A DNA stretch of 64,000 nt from an uncultured bacterium (lineage in GTDB: Bacteria; Abyssobacteria; SURF-5). Where the stretch lies: assembly GCA_964453435.1 (NCBI GenBank), contig CAYVQZ010000002.1, positions 179,439-243,438 of the forward strand. Direction: 5' to 3'. The notes below the pieces were generated by a model. That model ran no database searches, was not told the origin of the DNA, and saw only the letters and a list, made by a program, of their open reading frames with translations. Numbering within the stretch: position 1 is the stretch's first letter; each line of letters begins with the position of its first letter. This document shows, one piece after another, positions 21,263-31,488 of this stretch. The translations under genes were made by a program, and so were the position numbers.

Positions 21263-22566
21263 TTCACAGCCTCCATCTTTGGCAGGCGCAGTTCGCCCGA
21301 AATCAACTTGGGTAGCAGCGCGTCACGGATGGCAGCGAGCGCGCGAGACTCGTTCCTGTTCACCTCGGCTCGCAGAAACAGTGGTTGCGTGTTCTTGTCG
21401 AAGGTGGCAATGAGTTGTGAATTGTCAGGAAGAACGATGTCGCGGCTACCCACCACCTCGGGACGGATGGCGGGGTATGCTCCGCCGTCGGCAAGCCGAC
21501 CGAGTTCTTGTCCAAACTCCGGCCGTGTCGTCGCAATATGAAGGAACGCCCAGTTGCCATCCTTCGGTGTCAATGCAGCGAAACCTGTGGATGCGATTAG
21601 CGATTTCGATGGGTTCAAGGCAAGGAAGTATGCTCCGCGATCTGGTCGGACGGTCGACAGCACGGTATCGCCATGACTCAATCGTCGACGAGCCCTGCTC
21701 GGTTCTTCACCTCGAAGATAGCGGCTGATTATCCCTACCTCGCCGTGCATGACCTCGCTGATCTCGATATAGTCTATGACATCAAGGTGATCGCGTCGTC
21801 CAAGAGTGAGGGCGTTGATGTTAGCAATGTCTGAAATTTTGCCAATCCTCCACCCCTTCGGAATCTCGCCCAATTCGGAGTTCTCAAACGAATCCGGGAA
21901 GAGGTCGGCGACGTCTTTGGGCAGGTTGGGGTTGCGGCCTTGGGCTTTGGCGTGGACGGGGTCGAAGTCCACGAACCAGCTTTTGAAGATGGCCCGCGCA
22001 ATGGCCTCCAGCGTCTGATTCATTCGCCGGTTCAGCTCGATCTTGTCGTCCAACGCCCCGAGAATGCAGGCGATGGCGCGTTGCTGTTCGAGGGGAGGGA
22101 TGGTGATGTACATGCGACGTTGGTCTCGAAGACTCACATACTCCGCCATGTCCGTTTGGCCTGCCACTCCTGAAAACTGGACAAAGAACTCCCGCGAGTG
22201 CATCCAATAGTAAAGCCAACGAGGGTCCAAGCAATCACGATTCAAGACTCTCCAGAAACACAACTGGGGCGCATAGACGAACCGGGGTGTGTCATGTCGA
22301 ACAAATGCGAACCGTCCAACAGTCCCTTTCGATGTAAAAACCACATCTTCGGCTTGACTAATCTTAATTCCGACTTTTGCGAGGTCTTGTTCTGGAAAGC
22401 AATCCGCACCCGCGAAGTGAAAGCCGTTGTTGATGTTCTGCGCCCGCGCGAAAGGAATTCCCTGCGGTGACAACTCGGAGTTCTTGGCGCGATAGCCATC
22501 GTTGATCGCCAATACTCCGTTGTCGATCAATTCGGCAATGGGAGTAGGAGCGATATCACCCGCCAT
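21259..22566 (-). CDS. hsdS: Type I restriction-modification specificity subunit
   Basis: Two target-recognition-domain halves and a conserved C-terminal [16 protein letters not shown] at 22566 overlaps the hsdM stop (ATGGCGGGTGA). The track ORF is over-extended upstream. Confidence 0.85.
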   Translation of the reverse strand: MAGDIAPTPIAELIDNGVLAINDGYRAKNSELSPQGIPFARAQNINNGFHFAGADCFPEQDLAKVGIKISQAEDVVFTSKGTVGRFAFVRHDTPRFVYAPQLCFWRVLNRDCLDPRWLYYWMHSREFFVQFSGVAGQTDMAEYVSLRDQRRMYITIPPLEQQRAIACILGALDDKIELNRRMNQTLEAIARAIFKSWFVDFDPVHAKAQGRNPNLPKDVADLFPDSFENSELGEIPKGWRIGKISDIANINALTLGRRDHLDVIDYIEISEVMHGEVGIISRYLRGEEPSRARRRLSHGDTVLSTVRPDRGAYFLALNPSKSLIASTGFAALTPKDGNWAFLHIATTRPEFGQELGRLADGGAYPAIRPEVVGSRDIVLPDNSQLIATFDKNTQPLFLRAEVNRNESRALAAIRDALLPKLISGELRLPKMEAVK

Positions 22567-24406
22567 ACCCGATATCCTCCAGATTCGCCCAGATGAGCTT
22601 ATCCAACTTGGCGGATTGGGCGGTTTGTTCGCGCAGTTCGGCGGTGAGGCGGGCCATCTTCTCCTCGAATGGCTCGCCGCCTGCCTGCCGAGCCCTTCCC
22701 TCGGCGATGGCTTGCTTGAGCCACCTACGCCCCGCGGTCGTCTTGAGTTCCTGTTCACGCGCTACAGCCGCTTCACGGCTGGTGAACTCCTCGTAATGTG
22801 CGATATAGCGGGGCTTGTTCTTCTTCGTCCAATCGGTTCCCTGCCCAGACACATGCTCTTGCCATCGCCGAGGGAGGTTATCGGTGTGGCCAATGTAGTA
22901 GCTGCCGCCTTCGCAAGCGATGGCGTAGACGAAATACACGCCAGGTCTCGGCGCAGGCAGGCCGTCCTCGACTTCCGCCGCGCCGACGTAGCGGCCGGGC
23001 GTGAGGATGTGGTTGTGATGGCGAATGTCATCGAGCGTGGCGGATTTGCACAAGCCCGGAACATCCTCATATTTTTGTGCGCAGTCCTTGTCGCCCCGCC
23101 ATGCGTGATATGTGTCGGCGATTTTCCGAATATCCTCGTCGGTCAGTTCGCGGTGGACGCGGTCGATCATGGTTCCGAGCTTGCGGGCGTCGATGATTAA
23201 GGTCTCTCCGCGTCGGTCGCGGAATCGCCGGTTCTTCTTGTCGCGCGCGATGAACCAGAGGCAGACGGGAATCTGGGTGGAGTAGAACAATTGGCCCGGC
23301 ATGGCGACCATGCAGTCAACCAGATCGGCCTCGATGATGTTCCTGCGGATTTCGCCCTCGCCGGATTGGTTGGAGGACATCGAGCCGTTGGCCAGGACAA
23401 AGCCCGCCAGACCGGTGGGCGCGAGATGATAGATGAAGTGCTGGACCCATGCGAAGTTGGCGTTGGAGGCGGGCGGGATACCATACTTCCAGCGCTTGTC
23501 GTCTTTCAGGAGTTCGCCGCGCCAATCGCTGTCGTTGAAGGGCGGATTGGCCAAAACATAGTCCGCCTTGAGGTCGGGGTGCAGGTCGCGGTGGAAACTG
23601 TCGGCGTGTTCCGGCCCGAGGTTGTTGTCGATTCCCCGGATGGCGAGGTTCATTTTCGCCAGACGCCATGTGGTGTGGTTCGACTCCTGCCCGAACACGC
23701 TTACGTTGCCCCTTGCCCGGCCTCCGTTGCCGTTGCCCGACGCATGCGCCTCGACGAACTGGACCGACTGCACGAACATGCCGCCCGAGCCGCAGCACGG
23801 GTCGTACACGCGTCCCTTGAAGGGGGCGAGCATCTCGACCAGCACGCGCACAACACAGCGCGGTGTGTAGAACTGGCCGCCCTTCTTGCCTTCGGCGCTC
23901 GCGAATTGCGAGAGGAAATATTCATACACGCGTCCCAGGATGTCCTTCGAGCGGTTCTCCTTGTCACCGAGGCCGATGTTTCCGATGAGGTCGATAAGCT
24001 GGCCGAGCCGCTGCTTGTCGAGGCGCGGATGCGAATATTCCTTCGGGAGCACACCTTTCAGTGACGGGTTCACGTTCTCAATCGCCTGCATGGCGTCGTC
24101 TATGACTTTGCCGATGGTGGTCTGTTTGGCGCATGCTTTCAGGTGTGACCACCGGGCCTCCTTCGGGACCCAGAAGATGTTCACGGCGCGATACTCATCC
24201 GGGTCCTCCGGGTCGGCGCCCTGCTCACGCTGCGTTTCGAGAAAGGCATGGTGCTCCTCGAAGGCGTCGGATATATATTTCAGGAAAATCAAGCCGAGCA
24301 CGACATGCTTGTACTCGGCGGCGTCCATATTCGAGCGCAGCGCGTCGGCCGCCTGCCACAGTTGCCGTTCGAAACCGAGGTTCGCGCCGTTGCTGGTCTT
24401 GGCCAT
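22556..24406 (-). CDS. hsdM: Type I restriction-modification N6-adenine DNA methyltransferase with an inserted YhbQ-like GIY-YIG nuclease domain
   Basis: HsdM N-terminal domain and NPPF motif. An ~85-aa insertion [67 protein letters not shown]...RRWLKQAI (GIY-YIG/COG2827-like) sits between the catalytic domain and the conserved C-terminal helix ([17 protein letters not shown]...). Start ATG at 24406 with GGGAGA RBS. Confidence 0.8.
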   Translation of the reverse strand: MAKTSNGANLGFERQLWQAADALRSNMDAAEYKHVVLGLIFLKYISDAFEEHHAFLETQREQGADPEDPDEYRAVNIFWVPKEARWSHLKACAKQTTIGKVIDDAMQAIENVNPSLKGVLPKEYSHPRLDKQRLGQLIDLIGNIGLGDKENRSKDILGRVYEYFLSQFASAEGKKGGQFYTPRCVVRVLVEMLAPFKGRVYDPCCGSGGMFVQSVQFVEAHASGNGNGGRARGNVSVFGQESNHTTWRLAKMNLAIRGIDNNLGPEHADSFHRDLHPDLKADYVLANPPFNDSDWRGELLKDDKRWKYGIPPASNANFAWVQHFIYHLAPTGLAGFVLANGSMSSNQSGEGEIRRNIIEADLVDCMVAMPGQLFYSTQIPVCLWFIARDKKNRRFRDRRGETLIIDARKLGTMIDRVHRELTDEDIRKIADTYHAWRGDKDCAQKYEDVPGLCKSATLDDIRHHNHILTPGRYVGAAEVEDGLPAPRPGVYFVYAIACEGGSYYIGHTDNLPRRWQEHVSGQGTDWTKKNKPRYIAHYEEFTSREAAVAREQELKTTAGRRWLKQAIAEGRARQAGGEPFEEKMARLTAELREQTAQSAKLDKLIWANLEDIGYGG

Positions 24407-24643
24407 TCGGCAGTGTCTCCCATCTGTTCGTTCTGGCGACAGAATAGTTCTTCTCGGACTCTTCCATTGGAAATGATACATCATGTTATTGAAATAATCA
24501 ACTGAAAGTGCATTTGCGTCGCTGCGCTCGGTCAATTCGGGGGGACAGGATACTGATTTTTACTAGCAACGCCTCTGTTTTGCATATTGCTGAACAACGC
24601 GTCCCGCATGATAAGGTCCCCGATGGAGAAGAGCGAAAAGCGA

Positions 24644-24670
24644 ATCACGCGAAACGCGTGACGCGTGGGC
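24644..24670. repeat. Degenerate hairpin CACGCGAAACGCGTG, related to the dispersed CCCGCGAAACGCGGG element
   Basis: Palindrome read directly; flanking bases also resemble the 90-bp element. Confidence 0.3.
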
Positions 24671-25099
24671 TAATCAGTTTGTACATGCATTCACGTTCCC
24701 CGAATCGCCGGGGCAGCTTCGAAAATGCGAGAGCGAATGTTCGAAATTGCACAGTTCAACTGTAACCGGAGCAGGCGAATTCAGACCGTAAAACTCTTAT
24801 TTGAAACAGGTTATGGGCCGACGCCCCGACCGAATTCGGCTCAAAATACCATGGCATAAAAAATGCTCCCGCCTACGGCATCTATATTTGTTTCTTGCCG
24901 CGCGGGACTGTGAAGGTGTGGTGGGCTCGCAAAAACCGTTGTGGATTTACGCGCCCGAGCCTGCCGAAGGTCGCCGAACCGGGACCGCTCGTCGGGCGAG
25001 TCCCGTCGAATCATGGGGCGCATCAGCTCCGCCGCGCGCGGAGGCGGCGCCGAACTGGTATCGGAAAACACACGGAAATATGAAAACGGAGTTATCGCA

Positions 25100-26755
25100 G
25101 TGATTGAGAATCTCGATGTGAAGAAGATGCTGTTCGAGTCCGGGCATCTCCCAACCATGCCCGCTGTTGCCAACCAGTTATTGTCCATTCGGGACTGGGA
25201 AAACATCGAACTCAAAACGATAGCCGAAATAGTGGCGAAGGACGTCTCACTTTCCTCGAAGATTCTTCGCGTGGCCAATTCCCCGTTCTACGGATTCGGG
25301 CAGCGCATCGGCACGGTATCCCAGGCCATAGTGGCCCTCGGCCTTCGCTCCACCCGGTCTCTCTGTCTCAGCTTCTCGCTGCTGAAGGCGTTTCCGAACG
25401 ACGACCGCGCGTGGTTCGACTGCCACGCGTTCTGGACTCGCTCGCTGAACACCGCCGTGGCCGCGCGAGAACTCGCCTTGATTGCCGGCTCACGCACCGA
25501 AGAGGAAGCCTTCCTCGCGGGATTACTGCAAGATATCGGCGTCATGGTAATGGGGCAGTCCATCCCTGATGTATATCTGCCTGTTATCCGTGAAGCGAAA
25601 AACAAAGGCGCCTGCCTCATACAAAACGAGCGCGAGCGCCTCGGGACCGACCATGTCGAAGTCGTCAAATTACTTTTCGACCATTGGAACATGCCCGCGT
25701 CTCTGTATGTGCCCGTCCTTTACCACCACGCCCCTGAAAAAGCGTATAATGCCGATGAGCAGACTCTCATTTCGATTCGCATCCAGCACTTGGCCTCGTG
25801 TATCGGCGATTGGCTGTACACGGCCGATTTCGACAGGGACGCCTTCGAACAATTGAATGAAGCGGCTGAGGCAAACCTTAACATTTCCTCAAAGGAACTC
25901 GAAGCGCTTCTGTACCGTATCGATACTCGGATGAACGAGATATCCGAACTGTTTGAATTCAACGTCTCCCGTCCCAACACATACGCGAACTTGCTCGAAA
26001 AAGTGAATCTCACCCTCGGCGACATTGTGGACGAGCAGGAGCGGCTTCTCAGGGAACTCGAGGCTGCAAAATTGGAGGCGCATAAGCTCACCGAGCAGCT
26101 CCGCATGGCCAACATCCAACTGCTCAATGAGGCCAGAACCGACTCGCTCACCAATCTTGCGAATCGAAAACGGTTCGACGAATTCCTCCAGCAGGAACTC
26201 AACCGCTCCTTCCGCTATCACCGCCCCATCTCGCTGCTGTTCATCGACCTCGACAACCTGAAATCCGTCAACGACCGCTACGGCCACCTCGAAGGCGGAG
26301 CCGTGCTCACCCAGATAGGCGATATCCTCAGACATAAGGTCCGCGCAAGCGATATGGTGGCGAGATACGGCGGCGACGAGTTCATCATCGCGCTCGTTGA
26401 AACCGACCGCCCAGAGGCGGCGGCCACGGCCGAGCGCATACGGCGGTCGGTGGAAGAGACCTCGTTCTACATTAGCGACAGGAAACAAAAAACATATTTG
26501 ACGGTCAGCGTCGGAGTGACCACATGGCAGCCCTTCAGCAAACCCGTCACCATTGAAATTCTTGTCAAGGAAGCCGATTCCGCCATGTATCGGGCGAAAA
26601 ACGATGGGAAAAACTGCGTTGTCCTTGCCGAAGACAGGCGAGAGTCGTTCGGCCAAATTGCTCTCGATTTCCATGAGCAGGTATCGGGCGCGGGAGAGTT
26701 CCGAATTCCTCCCTCCCAAAAAAACAGGCGCATATCCGCACAGGACGGCACGTAA
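25100..26755 (+). CDS. HDOD-domain + GGDEF diguanylate cyclase
   Basis: HDOD (MLFESGHLPTMP...LLQDIGVMV) followed by a coiled coil and GGDEF (RYGGDEF). The start is uncertain: GTG 25100 with GGAG RBS, ATG 25013, or the track's 24941. Confidence 0.7.
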   Translation: MIENLDVKKMLFESGHLPTMPAVANQLLSIRDWENIELKTIAEIVAKDVSLSSKILRVANSPFYGFGQRIGTVSQAIVALGLRSTRSLCLSFSLLKAFPNDDRAWFDCHAFWTRSLNTAVAARELALIAGSRTEEEAFLAGLLQDIGVMVMGQSIPDVYLPVIREAKNKGACLIQNERERLGTDHVEVVKLLFDHWNMPASLYVPVLYHHAPEKAYNADEQTLISIRIQHLASCIGDWLYTADFDRDAFEQLNEAAEANLNISSKELEALLYRIDTRMNEISELFEFNVSRPNTYANLLEKVNLTLGDIVDEQERLLRELEAAKLEAHKLTEQLRMANIQLLNEARTDSLTNLANRKRFDEFLQQELNRSFRYHRPISLLFIDLDNLKSVNDRYGHLEGGAVLTQIGDILRHKVRASDMVARYGGDEFIIALVETDRPEAAATAERIRRSVEETSFYISDRKQKTYLTVSVGVTTWQPFSKPVTIEILVKEADSAMYRAKNDGKNCVVLAEDRRESFGQIALDFHEQVSGAGEFRIPPSQKNRRISAQDGT

Positions 26756-26805
26756 CGTCTCCGCCATCTTGCTCTGCTGCGTCGGCGCGGCACGAACAAC
26801 TTCGC

Positions 26806-27900
26806 TTACCCCTCCATCACGCAAAATTTGTCCGGCCGAATGCGCACGCTTATCGTCTGACCCTCTTCGAATGTGTAGCGGCGATAGAGAAAGTTCGGCA
26901 GCTCCACCTGTATCGTCAAGCCCGACGATTCGTCCGCCAAAGCGAGCGTGTGCGTCGCGCCCTTTTCCAGAAGTTCCTTCACTGCGCCCGTGACAATGTT
27001 GAAACCCCGGCCTTTCCGAACCGGCCGGTCAGGCTTCATCAACATGACCTCCTCGGCGCGCACGCCGAGGAACACGCGCTGCCCCGGCCGCGGCGCGAAC
27101 TGGTCCGAGTCCGCCACAAACTCGTTCGAGCCCCGCCACCGAAAGGTGAAGCGCGATGAATCGGGATCGACCGATACGACCTCTCCTTCCAGAATGTTTT
27201 CCATTCCCGTGAACCGCGCAACCTTCAGGTTCGCCGGATGAAAATACACCCTGTTCCGCTTCGCGACCTGCTCCATTTCTCCGTCAATCAAAACGGCTAT
27301 CACGTTGGCCAGTATGAACGCCTCCTCGCGGTCGTGTGTCACGTGAAGAAACGTTCCTCTCAAGCGCTGTTGCAGCCGCTTCACCAGTATCTGCAGCTCG
27401 CGCCGAATCGGTGGGTCGAGCCCACTGAAAGGCTCATCGAGCAACAGGATGCGAGGCGAGGTCACCAGCGCCCGCGCCAGCGAAACGCGCCTTCGCTCTC
27501 CTCCGCTCAGGTTCGCAGGCGTTCTCTCGAGCAGCTTCCCGACCTGCAGCGATTCCACCAAATCGTCGAACAGCGGTTCCCATTGCTTTTCGGGAATCCT
27601 CCGGGCGCGCACCCCGAACAGAATATTGTCCCGCATGCTCAGGTGGGGGAACAACGACGCGTCCTGCGGCACGTACCCGACCGAGCGGGATTCCGGCGGC
27701 AGACGCGTGACATCGTTCCCGTCGAGAAGAATCCTGCCGGTTCGCGGGCGAACCAGTCCGGCCACCGTTTCCAGAAGCGCTGTCTTACCCGCGCCCGACG
27801 GCCCGAGAAGAATGAAAAACTCGCCGTCCTCCACTTTCAAGGAAATATCGTCGAGCGAGAAATCGCCAAGCCTGAGGCCGATTCGTTCGAGCGAAATCAT
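26806..27900 (-). CDS. modC: Molybdate/tungstate ABC transporter ATP-binding protein with C-terminal TOBE domain
   Basis: Walker A GPSGAGKT, LSGGERRRVSLARAL signature, C-terminal TOBE-like region. Start MISLERIG at 27900 overlaps the modB stop. Confidence 0.8.
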   Translation of the reverse strand: MISLERIGLRLGDFSLDDISLKVEDGEFFILLGPSGAGKTALLETVAGLVRPRTGRILLDGNDVTRLPPESRSVGYVPQDASLFPHLSMRDNILFGVRARRIPEKQWEPLFDDLVESLQVGKLLERTPANLSGGERRRVSLARALVTSPRILLLDEPFSGLDPPIRRELQILVKRLQQRLRGTFLHVTHDREEAFILANVIAVLIDGEMEQVAKRNRVYFHPANLKVARFTGMENILEGEVVSVDPDSSRFTFRWRGSNEFVADSDQFAPRPGQRVFLGVRAEEVMLMKPDRPVRKGRGFNIVTGAVKELLEKGATHTLALADESSGLTIQVELPNFLYRRYTFEEGQTISVRIRPDKFCVMEG

Positions 27901-28724
27901 AGGGCGAGCGTTTTCCCCGCTATCCGTCGCAATCCCACCAGGCTGAGTGTCGCAATCAGGATCAGAATTACCACCAGTGTCAGCGCCCTGTCCACATCGG
28001 CGCTCGAAAAACCGAGATATATCGACGTGGGAATGGTCGCTGTCTTGCGCTCCGTCGCGCCCGCCAGCGTCACCGTCGCGCCAAACTCGCCGATCGCGCG
28101 CGCCCACACGAGAATCGCCGACGCCAGCAGCCCACTGCGCGACAGCGGAAGCGCCACCTTGCGAAACGCCATCCACTCGGTGCAACCGAGCGAGCGGGCG
28201 ACCTTCTCGTATCTCACCGGTATCCCCTCGAACGTCGCCTTCATCAGGCGAATCGCCAACGCGGTCACAATCGTAGCCTGCGCCACAACGACGCCGGGAA
28301 CCTCGAAGACGATCTCCCCAAAATGCTCCTGCAGCCACCGTCCCTGTCCGCTGCTGAAGGCCACCAGCAGCATCGCGCCGATGGCGATCGGGGAAATGAA
28401 CACCGGTATATCGAGCAGCGCGTCCACCAGCGATTTCCCGGGAAACTCGCGCCGGGCGAGGAAGTATGCGCTCGGCACGCCGATCCCCAGAGCGACCGCG
28501 CTCGAAACGGTGGCCGTTGTCAAACTCAAAAAAATCGCGTGCGTGATTTCCGGCGAAAGGAGCACCCCGAAAATCCGCGTTGGCGGATAATCCTGGAAGG
28601 TCATAAACAAGATGCCGAGGTAGAAGAGCACGATGAACAGCAGGGGAAGCGCGAATAATGAACGCTCGAACCCAAAGGAAAATGAATACCTCAACCGCTG
28701 TGTGTGCGTTGCTCCGTCAGCCAT
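27897..28724 (-). CDS. modB: Molybdate ABC transporter permease
   Basis: Polytopic permease with EAA-like loop (YEKVARSLGCTEWMAFRKVALP). Confidence 0.8.
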   Translation of the reverse strand: MADGATHTQRLRYSFSFGFERSLFALPLLFIVLFYLGILFMTFQDYPPTRIFGVLLSPEITHAIFLSLTTATVSSAVALGIGVPSAYFLARREFPGKSLVDALLDIPVFISPIAIGAMLLVAFSSGQGRWLQEHFGEIVFEVPGVVVAQATIVTALAIRLMKATFEGIPVRYEKVARSLGCTEWMAFRKVALPLSRSGLLASAILVWARAIGEFGATVTLAGATERKTATIPTSIYLGFSSADVDRALTLVVILILIATLSLVGLRRIAGKTLAL

Positions 28725-28728
28725 GCGC

Positions 28729-29553
28729 TCACCATCCTTCCGGCAATTCGTAGTCGCCGCCTATCAAAGCGTTCGGCGCGTGTTTTCGGGCTTCCTCCTC
28801 TCGGGTGAGATATCCCCATTTTTCGAATATCCGTTTCCCGGTGTCCGAACACGCGAAGTCCACAAGACTTTGCGCAAGCTCCCTGTTTTTCGAGTACGAA
28901 GATATCGCAATCGGCATGTAGCTGATTCGCGGAATCTGCTCCGGCCGCACCATGACGGTTTCGATTTTTTCCGGGTTCCACCACTGGAACACCCGCCAGC
29001 CCAGAACGGCGTCGGCGCCGTTCAACGCAAGGATGTTCGCCGTCTTCGCGCAGCTCTCCGTGTAGCCCAGGATTCGCGGACGAACCAGCTCGAGCACATT
29101 GTTGCGCTCGATAATCTCGACCGCATACAGGCCCGCGCACACGTGGTGAGGATTCCCGATGGCCACGCGCACGTCCTCGCGCCCGAGGTCTTCGAGTTCT
29201 CGTATGCCCTTCGGGTTCCCTTTCTGCACGTTTATCGAGGGAACCAGATACGTGACGATTCGCGCCGTCCCGGGCGCAACTGCCCCCTCGCGCTCCGCAA
29301 TGCGCATGTAGTCCGGCGAACCCGGAAAATACAGGTCGCCCCGTTTCGCTATCTTCATCTGCGACAGCAGATTCCCGGAACTGCCGAAATGAACTCTCAC
29401 CTTATGTCCCGTTTGGCTCCGGAACGCTTCCACGAGTTCCTGCGTCGCCGGCTTCGAGGCCGACCCCGCAAAGAATTCGAGCTCGCCCGCTTCCGCAACG
29501 CCGCACCACCCAAGCAACGCGACACACACCACCAGGCTAGCGCCAAACCTCAT
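28729..29553 (-). CDS. modA: Molybdate ABC transporter periplasmic substrate-binding protein
   Basis: Signal peptide and GSSGNLLSQM motif typical of ModA. Confidence 0.75.
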   Translation of the reverse strand: MRFGASLVVCVALLGWCGVAEAGELEFFAGSASKPATQELVEAFRSQTGHKVRVHFGSSGNLLSQMKIAKRGDLYFPGSPDYMRIAEREGAVAPGTARIVTYLVPSINVQKGNPKGIRELEDLGREDVRVAIGNPHHVCAGLYAVEIIERNNVLELVRPRILGYTESCAKTANILALNGADAVLGWRVFQWWNPEKIETVMVRPEQIPRISYMPIAISSYSKNRELAQSLVDFACSDTGKRIFEKWGYLTREEEARKHAPNALIGGDYELPEGW

Positions 29554-29930
29554 CTCATCCTCCCTTTCTTCGTTCGAAAAATCCGCTCAAACTGCCGGTC
29601 GGTCGAACGCTGGGCCTGCCGGTCGAACAGCTCATACAACTCCAATATCCTTTGACCCTCCCGAGTCAATAAGGTTCCCCGCTCAGCGCCGCCCCGGCGG
29701 CGGTTCACAAGCTTCAAGTTCAGCCGCTTCTCCATGCTGTCTATCAGGCCCCACGCGCGGCGGTAGTCCATCCCGAGTTCCTTCGCAGCGGCGTTAATCG
29801 AGCCGGTCCGCTCGACCGCCCGGAGCAACTCCGCCCTCCCGGCTCCCATCAGCGGATATCCGTTCAATTCGAGCCATACCTTCGAGCGCACCTCGACGGC
29901 GCGTTTGAGTAGTTCATCGAATGTCGCCAT
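29550..29930 (-). CDS. ModE-N-terminal-domain-like (molybdenum-pterin-binding/winged-helix) transcriptional regulator
   Basis: MATFDELLK...GSINAAAKELGMDYRRAWGLIDSMEKRL resembles the ModE N-terminal HTH. Overlaps the modA start (ATGA). Confidence 0.6.
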   Translation of the reverse strand: MATFDELLKRAVEVRSKVWLELNGYPLMGAGRAELLRAVERTGSINAAAKELGMDYRRAWGLIDSMEKRLNLKLVNRRRGGAERGTLLTREGQRILELYELFDRQAQRSTDRQFERIFRTKKGRMR

Positions 29931-29965
29931 GCTCGTTTCCCTCCCTGAAGGTTCCAACGCCGCCC

Positions 29966-29995
29966 ATTATGACAAATTTGCATAACACATGTCAA
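29966..29995 (-). promoter_or_regulatory. Candidate sigma70 promoter (TTGACA-18nt-CATAAT) driving the modE-modABC operon
   Basis: Minus strand reads TTGACATGTGTTATGCAAATTTGTCATAATGGG, about 36 nt upstream of the modE ATG at 29930. Confidence 0.45.
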
Positions 29996-30280
29996 TAACC
30001 CCCCGCCCGAAACCACATTCTTTGTAGGGCGCAATTCATTGCGCCCGCTTCATCCTCCCCCTTTCCTAACGGGGGACGAAGGGGAATTTTAGAACGCGCA
30101 TTCGCGCGATTCCATATCCCCGGAATCAACCCGGGCTGCCCCAAACCCCCGCACTCATGTCAAGGCCCCGCATTCATTGACTTCCTGCCGACCGCTCTGG
30201 TATCCTTCCTTATTCTGTTGCCATCCCTGCGCCGGACGCCAAGGATTGACGCCTCTCCATCTCATGACAGGCAATCCCCG

Positions 30281-31435
30281 ATGAAAAAACGCATCATATC
30301 CGTCATCTTCGTTGTCATCGCCACCGTGATGATCGGAGTCGGCATCATCGCCCCGCTCATGCCCGTCTATGCCCAGCAGATGGGCGCAACCGGCATGTGG
30401 CTCGGCATCATCTTCGCCGCCTTCGCGACCACCCGCATGATTTTCACACCGCTTTTCGGACGCTTCTCCGACCGCTTCGGAAGAAAATGGTTCCTGATGG
30501 CCGGACTCGTCGCGTTCACGCTGCTCTCGCTCGGCTATGTCGCCTCGACAACGGTCTATCAGCTTACGGTCCTGCGCCTGTTCCACGGACTGACCTCCGC
30601 CCTCGTCGTGCCGATTGCGTTCGCCTACATCGGCGACATCACGCCGCCCGGCGAAGAAGGCAAATACATGAGCCTCGTAAACCTGCCGATCTTCGTCGGA
30701 ATGGGCATCGGACCCTTTCTCGGGGGCCGCATCGCCGACGCCTTCGGCATTCGCTCCGCGTTCCTCGTCCTGTTCGCGCTCGGGGCGCTCGCTTCGCTTC
30801 TCGTGTTGTTTCTGCTGCCCGATTTCCGCGCCCGCCGCTCCGAGCATGCGGGAGAACCGGCGACCTTCCGCGCGATGCTGTCAAACAATCTCGTGAAAGC
30901 GCTCATAACCATCCGGGCGGGCGGCGCCGTCAGGCGCGCAATCGTCATGGCCTTTCTGCCCGCCTTCGCCGACTACATCGGGCTCACGAAAACTCATGTC
31001 GGAACCATGATAAGCGTGTTCATCGTCTCCGCTGCCGTCGTTCAATATCCGGCCGGCGCGCTCGCCGACCGGTTCGAAAAAATCCGTATCGTTGTCATCG
31101 GAGAAATACTCGCCACGGTCTGTTTCGCGTTCTTCCCACTCATAAAAACCTTTCCCCAGTTCCTGGCCGTCGGCGTGGTCGCCGGCGTCGCCGGCGGACT
31201 CGCCATGCCGGCCGTCCTCGCCATCAACACAGAGATCGGCCGCGACTACGGGATGGCCTCGATGATGGGCCTGCACGACGCCGCCATGGGTCTCGGCATG
31301 CTGTTCGGGGCGTTGACCGCCGGCGCCGTCATGGACGTGGTCGGCATTCGCGCTATCTTCTACTACGGCGTCGGCGTCGGCTTCGTCGGTGTCGGGCTGT
31401 TTGCGTTCCTCGCGCGCCGCCGATCCGCCGAATGA
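30281..31435 (+). CDS. MFS transporter
   Basis: 12-TM-like hydrophobic profile with an MFS-type motif (GRFSDRFGRK). Start at MKKRIISVIFVV. Confidence 0.8.
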   Translation: MKKRIISVIFVVIATVMIGVGIIAPLMPVYAQQMGATGMWLGIIFAAFATTRMIFTPLFGRFSDRFGRKWFLMAGLVAFTLLSLGYVASTTVYQLTVLRLFHGLTSALVVPIAFAYIGDITPPGEEGKYMSLVNLPIFVGMGIGPFLGGRIADAFGIRSAFLVLFALGALASLLVLFLLPDFRARRSEHAGEPATFRAMLSNNLVKALITIRAGGAVRRAIVMAFLPAFADYIGLTKTHVGTMISVFIVSAAVVQYPAGALADRFEKIRIVVIGEILATVCFAFFPLIKTFPQFLAVGVVAGVAGGLAMPAVLAINTEIGRDYGMASMMGLHDAAMGLGMLFGALTAGAVMDVVGIRAIFYYGVGVGFVGVGLFAFLARRRSAE

Positions 31436-31488
31436 CCACGGATTCCCACGAATTACACGAAACCATTTCAGCCGCGGATGGACGCTGA

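Noticed and set aside
29966-30000. ModE operator in the mod promoter region
   Set aside because: No match to the ATCGNTATATA-N6-TATATANCGAT-type consensus. Only the promoter hexamers are reported.
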